Shown piece by piece: positions 7,915 to 13,531 of a stretch of DNA of 13,531 nt. The position numbers were made by a program, and so were the translations under genes. This DNA is from a bacterium (GTDB lineage Bacteria; Patescibacteriota; Patescibacteriia; UBA1558; S5-K13). The stretch's first letter is position 1. Every line of letters starts with the position of its first letter. The notes under the pieces are model-generated. The model had not been told where the DNA came from. It saw only the letters and a program-made list of their open reading frames with translations, and ran no database searches. The stretch covers positions 1 to 13,531 of the forward strand of contig JAKPTO010000022.1 in assembly GCA_029555085.1 (NCBI GenBank), in the 5' to 3' direction.

Positions 7915-7975
7915 AATATACAAAAATATTAACAAATTTTCAAATCATTATACAAAAAAATGAATAAAAAGTCAA
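7915..7975 (-). promoter_or_regulatory. tandem sigma70 promoters for the radical SAM operon
   Basis: TTGACT (7975-7970), 17 nt, TATAAT (7952-7947); and TTGAAA (7943-7938), 17 nt, TATATT (7920-7915). Confidence 0.7.
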
Positions 7976-8508
7976 TGGTGCCCAATGATTTTTCTCAAAT
8001 ACTGAAAACAAGAATGAATTTTAGGGTCAGTTATTTTTTGCCAAGCAGATATATTCCCCCTTAGAAGATATTCACGCAATTGAGTGGCACTAATGTCATC
8101 TCGATCAACTTTTTCAAACCCAATCTTGTAATTTATATAAATCCACTCCAACTTCGTTTCACTCCCACCATAAACAACATCGGGGATTTTTCCTGTATAA
8201 AATTGACAGAAGGAAATTATCCAATTACCCCATTCGCTATATTCCCTTTCGGTTTTTGGGGTATTATGCGGGTCTGGAAAAAATCCAATTTTCAACCTTT
8301 TATTATCACCGTAAATTTGTTTTATCAAATAAATTCTATCTAAAATATTAAAAGGATTTCTTTTGCTACCATATGACTGGCATTCACCAACAAGTAAAAT
8401 TGCTTCCCTGCATTCCGAAAGCATTTTATCAACGATTTTCTGGTGACCAACATGAACATGTTGGAATCTACCATGAAACAATCCAAATTTATATTTGTAT
8501 TTAGCCAT
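7972..8508 (-). CDS. HxGH nucleotidyltransferase, NMN adenylyltransferase (NadM/NadR-like) / cytidylyltransferase-like
   Basis: GRFQHVHVGH, RNPF..DR and ISATQLR motifs; AAGGAG RBS. Confidence 0.88.
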   Translation of the reverse strand: MAKYKYKFGLFHGRFQHVHVGHQKIVDKMLSECREAILLVGECQSYGSKRNPFNILDRIYLIKQIYGDNKRLKIGFFPDPHNTPKTEREYSEWGNWIISFCQFYTGKIPDVVYGGSETKLEWIYINYKIGFEKVDRDDISATQLREYLLRGNISAWQKITDPKIHSCFQYLRKIIGHH

Positions 8509-8532
8509 AAACCCAACTCCTTTCTTCCTATT

Positions 8533-8608
8533 TGGTGGGCATGAGAGGATTCGAACCTCTGACTTTCACGATGTGAACGTGACACTCTAACCACTGAGTT
8601 ACATGCCC
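8533..8608 (-). tRNA. tRNA-Val(CAC), encoded CCA
   Basis: GGGCATG/CATGCCC acceptor stem, D arm, TCACG-TT CAC AT-CGTGA anticodon arm, GGTTCGAATCC T arm and ACCA end. Confidence 0.97.
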
Positions 8609-8681
8609 AAAACAAACTATTAATTACAAAATTTCAAATATATAATCAATTAAAAAAACACCTAAAAAAACCTTCTTTAAC

Positions 8682-10478
8682 CTATTCTACTGTTACAGAT
8701 TTTGCTAAATTTCTTGGTTTATCAACATTTAATCCTTTTGCATCAGCAACAAAATAACTCATAAGCTGAAGTGGTATTACATTTATAAGTGGTGATAATT
8801 CTTCTTGTGTTTGCGGAACAGAAATTATGAAATTTGATAATTTTTTTATCATTTCATCCTCAGGACAGTCTGTTATTGTTATAATATTTCCTCCTCGAGC
8901 GCGAACTTCTTGCATATTACTAATTACTTTTTCAAAAATTTCTCCACGATTAATAATAAAAACAATAAACATATTTTCATCAATAAGAGCTATTGGTCCG
9001 TGCTTCATTTCAGCAGCTGGATAACCCTCTGCGTGAATATATGAAATCTCTTTTAATTTGAGCGCGCCTTCAAGAGCAACAGGAAAATTAATTCCACGAC
9101 CTAAATATAAAAAATTTTTTGCATCTTTAAAATTTGTAGAAATTTCCTGAATTTTATCCGCTTTATCTAATATACTATTTATTTTCTCTGAAATCAAACT
9201 TAATTCATTTATAAGTTTAGAATCTAATTCTAAACCCAATTCTTGCCTTAAAAAAAGTGAAAATAATATAAGAGCTGTAACTTGGCAGGTAAAAGCTTTT
9301 GTACTCGCAACGCCAATTTCAGGTCCCGCATGAAGATATATTCCAAAATCCACCTCTCTTGCAATACTAGACCCCACAACATTTACAATTCCAAGTGTTT
9401 TACAATTCTTTGCGACCCTTAGCGCAGCTAATGTGTCTGCTGTTTCCCCTGATTGTGAAATTGCAATTAATAAATCATTGTCTTTTATAATTGGATTTCT
9501 GTATCTAAACTCTGAAGCATAATCAACCACTGTTTCGATTCCGGAAATTTTTTCAATTAAATATTTTCCAATGAGAGCTGAGTGCCAACTTGTCCCACAC
9601 GCTGTAATAATTATTTTATTAATTAATTTTGGATCAATATCAAAACTTAATTTAATTTTATTATCTCTAATTCTTCCTCTTAAAGTATTTTCAATTGAGT
9701 GCGGTTGTTCGTAAATTTCTTTTAACATGAAATGTTTAAATCCTGCTTTCTCTATTTCTTTTAAATTCCATTTTATTTCTTGAATTTCGCTATTTACTAA
9801 ATTTCCATTTAAATTTTTTACATCATAACTATTTTTTGTAAGTGTAACTATTTCGTCATCCTTTATATAAATAACTTTTCTTGTATACTCAAGTATTGCG
9901 GAAGCATCACTTGTCACAAACATTTCATCATCCCCTATTCCTATTATAAGTGGCGAGCCACGACGCGCCGCAATAATACATTCTTCACTTTCACAGATTA
10001 CGACTAAGCCAAAAGTTCCCTCAATATATTTTATTGCTTTTATTACAGCTTCCTCTAAATTTCCATTATAAAATTTTTCTATTAAGTGCGCTACGATTTC
10101 AGAATCAGTATCTGAAATAATTTTATGCCCACCTGCTTCTAAAATTTTTTTCAAAGCTCCATAATTTTCTATAATCCCATTGTGGATTATTGCAATTTTA
10201 TTTTTACAATCCAAGTGTGGATGAGCATTTACAACACTAGAATCTCCGTGAGTTGCCCATCTGGTATGAGCTATTCCCATTGTTCCATTTATTCCCCTTC
10301 CTATTAATTCGTTTTCAAGTTCTGTGATTTGCCCTTTTTTCTTTACTGTTTCAAGTTTATTTTGAGATAAAACACAAATACCTGCGCTATCATAACCTCG
10401 GTATTCTAATCTTTTGAGTCCATTTATTAAAATAGGCACAACTTCTTTATTTCCAATATATCCTATTATTCCGCACAT
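8682..10478 (-). CDS. glmS: glutamine--fructose-6-phosphate transaminase (isomerizing)
   Basis: MCGI N-terminal nucleophile, HTRWATHG, SQSGETADT, EGALKLKE and the C-terminal KPRNLAKSVTVE. Confidence 0.98.
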   Translation of the reverse strand: MCGIIGYIGNKEVVPILINGLKRLEYRGYDSAGICVLSQNKLETVKKKGQITELENELIGRGINGTMGIAHTRWATHGDSSVVNAHPHLDCKNKIAIIHNGIIENYGALKKILEAGGHKIISDTDSEIVAHLIEKFYNGNLEEAVIKAIKYIEGTFGLVVICESEECIIAARRGSPLIIGIGDDEMFVTSDASAILEYTRKVIYIKDDEIVTLTKNSYDVKNLNGNLVNSEIQEIKWNLKEIEKAGFKHFMLKEIYEQPHSIENTLRGRIRDNKIKLSFDIDPKLINKIIITACGTSWHSALIGKYLIEKISGIETVVDYASEFRYRNPIIKDNDLLIAISQSGETADTLAALRVAKNCKTLGIVNVVGSSIAREVDFGIYLHAGPEIGVASTKAFTCQVTALILFSLFLRQELGLELDSKLINELSLISEKINSILDKADKIQEISTNFKDAKNFLYLGRGINFPVALEGALKLKEISYIHAEGYPAAEMKHGPIALIDENMFIVFIINRGEIFEKVISNMQEVRARGGNIITITDCPEDEMIKKLSNFIISVPQTQEELSPLINVIPLQLMSYFVADAKGLNVDKPRNLAKSVTVE

Positions 10479-10626
10479 AATATTGAGTAATTAATGTAAA
10501 TAAAAAAATTTATGTTTATCTGTGACACTAGCACTTATCATTTAAACAATATTTAAATTATAAATAAACAAAATTAATATCACAAAATTTAACATATTTT
10601 AATTCAAAATTCAAACTCTTGCGTTA

Positions 10627-11364
10627 TTATCTAAGCGTCCAACCACCATCAACTATAATTGTCTGACCTGTTATATAATTTGATAAATCAGATGCTAAAA
10701 AAACAACAGCACCAGCGATATCTTCCGCTTGTCCCATTCTAGCAAGTGGAATCATTGATATTGTCTGTTTTTTGATATTTTCATCTGGGTTGTTAGCACC
10801 AGGAGTTTCAATAGAACCTGGAGCAACTGCGTTTACTCTAATTTTTCTATCAGCCAATTCTAAGGCAAGAGCTCTAATCATACTATTTACTGCTCCTTTT
10901 GAAGCGCAATAATGTGTAAGACCATTAAATCCCACAAAAGATGCAATGGAAGAAATATTTATTATACTTGCTCCATTTGACATTATTTCTAAAGATTTTT
11001 GAGAGCACAAAAAAACACTCTTTAAATTTACTGACAATACCCTATCCCAATCTTCCTCTGTTATTTCTGTAAAAGATTTAAACGGATAAATTCCCGCATT
11101 ATTTACTAAAATATCAAGTCCACCAAAAAATTCTTTTGTTTTATCAATCATATTATCAACTTGATCTTTTTGAGAAACATCGCATTTCACAGCTAATACT
11201 TTTGTTCCAAGTAATTTAATTTCCTCTTCTACATTTTTCAATTCTATATCATCAATATCAGAAATAACTACACTACAACCTTGTTTGACTAAAGCAAGTG
11301 CGATTCCCTTACCAATTCCTTTGCTAGCCCCAGTAACTAGGGCAATTTTATTTTTTAATAACAT
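10627..11364 (-). CDS. SDR family NAD(P)-dependent oxidoreductase (FabG-like)
   Basis: TGASKGIG, NNAG, catalytic YCASK and ITGQTIIVDGG. Confidence 0.95.
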   Translation of the reverse strand: MLLKNKIALVTGASKGIGKGIALALVKQGCSVVISDIDDIELKNVEEEIKLLGTKVLAVKCDVSQKDQVDNMIDKTKEFFGGLDILVNNAGIYPFKSFTEITEEDWDRVLSVNLKSVFLCSQKSLEIMSNGASIINISSIASFVGFNGLTHYCASKGAVNSMIRALALELADRKIRVNAVAPGSIETPGANNPDENIKKQTISMIPLARMGQAEDIAGAVVFLASDLSNYITGQTIIVDGGWTLR

Positions 11365-11497
11365 AGTTTTATTTTAATTATTTATAAATTGCTTTATCAA
11401 ATATATTGAAATATTTTTCACACAAAAAATCTCTCCCGTACTCCTTCTTTTATTCTTCTAAATAATCATTAAACATAATAATAATTTTAGTTTATTT

Positions 11498-12544
11498 TTA
11501 CTGTTTGTTTTTTAATTTTTCTAAATTATCCAAAATTTCTAATTTTTGTTTTGCATTTTCAAGATAATCTAAAACTTCAATTGACTTATCAATAAAATCT
11601 TCTTTAGTTATATTATAATTTTTATCTGAAATATATCTAGAAATAATATCAATATATTGAACTACCATTGTTCCCATTTTTTTATTATTTTCCATTACCT
11701 GCTTTACATATTCATCTTTAAATAAAATATCTTTTATAGACGCTTCATTTTTCCCTTCTAATTTTGCAAATATGAGATTCCAAAAATCTTCAAATTTTGA
11801 TTCAATTTTTTGTTTTCTATGCTCGTATTCATTCATCAATGCATTTCTTACAATTTCAAAATCCTTGAATTCTAATTTATCTACAATATTTTCTAAATCT
11901 TTTATATCGCTTTCCCTAGTATTATCCCAAGAATATGCATATATTTTATGATAAAGAATAAGTGCTGGATGGGAAAGATTAACTTCTTTTCCGTTGGGAA
12001 GTTTATGTTTTGTAATTTCCATATATTCTTTTGGAAATACTGTACCAGAATAATTGATAACTAAATTGCCCTCTTTATCTCTATCATGAATATGTAAATC
12101 AACTGCATTAAATTGATCCCTCGTCGTAATAAAATTACCATCTGAGCCAAGTTTTTTAATAAAAAAATGATTTGGGTCATTTTCATCAATACCAAATCCT
12201 TTGTCTTTTAAAAATTCCTTTATTTCATTGTAGTTTTCTTTAAGTATACACATATCTAAATCCTTGTGTTCTCTATCTATGTATTGTTCATTGTCTTTAT
12301 TGTATAATGGGATATTCGCTCCTCCATCTATACACCAAAAAAAAGTAGCGTTTTCAAAAACTTCTGACATGGTTTTTAGTCCATCTTCAAATCTTTGCTT
12401 TTGCTCTGGCGTTGCTATTTGATTTGGAATCTTATTTTTTCTCTCTTCCAAAGTTGGAAAATTTTCATTTTTAGAAACATTTTCTTTTTTCTGTTCTGAG
12501 GTTGGGGAGTTTTCATTTTTTATGTAGTTTTTTTCACCTTCCAT
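11498..12544 (-). CDS. pol-beta-fold nucleotidyltransferase, ANT(2'')/LnuA-like, with a long helical C-terminal extension
   Basis: WCIDGGANI..REHKDLDMCI matches the W.xGGW..R.H.DxD pattern; third Asp in AVDLH; later HK..RESDIKD. Confidence 0.75.
   Translation of the reverse strand: MEGEKNYIKNENSPTSEQKKENVSKNENFPTLEERKNKIPNQIATPEQKQRFEDGLKTMSEVFENATFFWCIDGGANIPLYNKDNEQYIDREHKDLDMCILKENYNEIKEFLKDKGFGIDENDPNHFFIKKLGSDGNFITTRDQFNAVDLHIHDRDKEGNLVINYSGTVFPKEYMEITKHKLPNGKEVNLSHPALILYHKIYAYSWDNTRESDIKDLENIVDKLEFKDFEIVRNALMNEYEHRKQKIESKFEDFWNLIFAKLEGKNEASIKDILFKDEYVKQVMENNKKMGTMVVQYIDIISRYISDKNYNITKEDFIDKSIEVLDYLENAKQKLEILDNLEKLKNKQ
12453..12520. repeat. imperfect 48-nt-period intragenic repeat (KNENSPT / KNENFPT)
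   Basis: gttggaaaattttcattttt (12453-12472) versus gttggggagttttcattttt (12501-12520). Confidence 0.6.
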
Positions 12545-12545
12545 A

Positions 12546-13106
12546 TTATTTTAAATAAAACTTTTTAGCTTTTTTAAATAGTTTATTCATTAATTTAATT
12601 CCTGTCTTTGTTTTAAATCTTGGCATTCTTTTTTTTTCAAAACCATTTATAAATCTTATTCTATCGTCTTTGCTCAGGTTTGATTTTGCTCTTTTTATAT
12701 CAATCTGAGCTAAAGAATCTGCTTCAAAAACTAATTGTTTGTCAGAATCAAAAACACCATCTAAATTATCGTGGGTTCCTACTAAATGCAATATTTTCTT
12801 TGATTCTTCTTCGCTATAGCCCAATTTTTGCAAAATAGGTCTTCCAAAAATTACTCCATTTTTCATATGATCTAATTTTGATTTCTTTACATTATCTCTT
12901 GTACTCAAATCTCCCCTAATCCATGAATAACCTATATCATGTAAATACATTGTTGTTATTAAAATTTTTTCATTACCAGCTTCTTTTTTTAACAATTTTT
13001 TCATATAATACACAGATGTCAAAGTGTGTGGAATATCCCAATCAGGACGACCATTTTGTAAAATATTCAAAACCTCTGTTTCAAGTTGTTTAAAATTATT
13101 TTTCAT
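12546..13106 (-). CDS. HD domain-containing metal-dependent phosphohydrolase
   Basis: H(TL)...YLHDIG...H...THD...EADSL metal-ligand pattern. Confidence 0.9.
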   Translation of the reverse strand: MKNNFKQLETEVLNILQNGRPDWDIPHTLTSVYYMKKLLKKEAGNEKILITTMYLHDIGYSWIRGDLSTRDNVKKSKLDHMKNGVIFGRPILQKLGYSEEESKKILHLVGTHDNLDGVFDSDKQLVFEADSLAQIDIKRAKSNLSKDDRIRFINGFEKKRMPRFKTKTGIKLMNKLFKKAKKFYLK

Positions 13107-13165
13107 AGAAATAATTAATTATCCCCTGATTTAATTATACAATACATTTGATATAGTCGTAAGAC

Positions 13166-13194
13166 TTGCAATAATACAAAAAAATCAATATTAT
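13166..13194 (+). promoter_or_regulatory. sigma70-like promoter for the tRNA-Ser locus
   Basis: TTGCAA (13166-13171), 17 nt, TATTAT (13189-13194), about 10 nt before the tRNA-like fragment. Confidence 0.55.
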
Positions 13195-13204
13195 AAGAAT
13201 ATAC

Positions 13205-13285
13205 AGAGAGGTCGCATAGTTGGTCTAGTGCGCTTGCTTGGCCACCGCCTACTGCGGGGTTCCGCCAAGGGCGGAAAAAGCTAAG
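13205..13285 (+). pseudogene. truncated tRNA-Ser 5'-half copy interrupted in the anticodon loop
   Basis: 13206-13241 is identical over 36 nt to 13309-13344. A GC-rich insert follows, then AAAGCTAAG resembling the 3' anticodon arm AAAGCAAG. There is no T arm. Confidence 0.85.
13242..13276. repeat. GC-rich double mini-hairpin (REP-like) insert
   Basis: CCGC-CTACT-GCGG (13245-13257) and a perfect TTCCGCC-AAG-GGCGGAA (13260-13276). Confidence 0.65.
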
Positions 13286-13307
13286 CAATAAATATTTTTA
13301 CACATAC

Positions 13308-13396
13308 GGAGAGGTCGCATAGTTGGTCTAGTGCGCTTGCTTGGAAAGCAAGTATACCGCAAGGTATCGCAGGTTCGAATCCTGTCCTCTCCGCCA
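13308..13396 (+). tRNA. tRNA-Ser(GGA), encoded CCA
   Basis: GGAGAGG/CCTCTCC acceptor stem, CTTGC-TT GGA AA-GCAAG anticodon arm, long variable arm ATACC-GCAA-GGTAT, GGTTCGAATCC and GCCA end. Confidence 0.97.
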
Positions 13397-13531
13397 ATTT
13401 TCACTTTTTGTGAATAAAATTTAAACTATTTTTAATTGATAAAGAGAAGGGTTTTTCTCAGAATCATCTATCAAAAGAAGCGGAAGTGTGTATAATACAA
13501 TTATAAAAATAGAGTCAGGAGAGAATCCTAA

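Noticed and set aside
8340-8615. 91-aa minus-strand ORF
   Set aside because: It runs through tRNA-Val and overlaps the NMNAT-like gene out of frame; spurious.
1127-9024. Short plus-strand ORFs (1127, 1977, 2813, 3262, 4285, 6962, 7056, 7689, 8080, 8827)
   Set aside because: All are antisense shadows of better-supported minus-strand genes, with no motifs or RBS.
10479-10626. glmS ribozyme upstream of glmS
   Set aside because: The region is extremely AT-rich, with no recognisable conserved core or paired stems.
10627-11364. Calling the SDR gene fabG
   Set aside because: Only generic SDR motifs are present, with no fatty-acid synthesis genes nearby.
13201-13344. CRISPR array (36-nt repeat with spacer)
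   Set aside because: There are only two copies, the repeat is tRNA sequence, and no cas genes are present.

Overview
Very AT-rich bacterial window, most consistent with a Patescibacteria/CPR (Parcubacteria-like) genome. This is an inference from the CPR-type 'GKxLLxxxxxGxxxYVNP' repeats on the S41 protease, a CPR-type transposase N-terminus, mostly Shine-Dalgarno-free core genes and a CCGCC-N3-GGCGG mini-palindrome. Backbone genes, mostly on the minus strand: AlkD-like repair protein, a divergent class II (CCA/poly(A)-type) nucleotidyltransferase, a PspC protein, an S41 protease, a Nudix hydrolase, glmS, an SDR oxidoreductase, and an ANT(2'')/Lnu-like nucleotidyltransferase paired with an HD protein, plus tRNA-Val(CAC) and tRNA-Ser(GGA). 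The most notable region is a GC-richer, SD-led islet directly downstream of tRNA-Val (about 6106-8520). It encodes an NMNAT/cytidylyltransferase-like enzyme and two overlapping radical SAM enzymes with their own tandem promoters and terminator. One of these is an RlmN/Cfr-like protein that appears to lack the resolving cysteine. Also notable: a duplicated tRNA-Ser 5' half interrupted at the anticodon by a GC-rich hairpin element, and several small standalone promoter-RBS-terminator cassettes, including a 73-aa Cys-rich peptide. All calls come from reading motifs by eye; no database searches were run.
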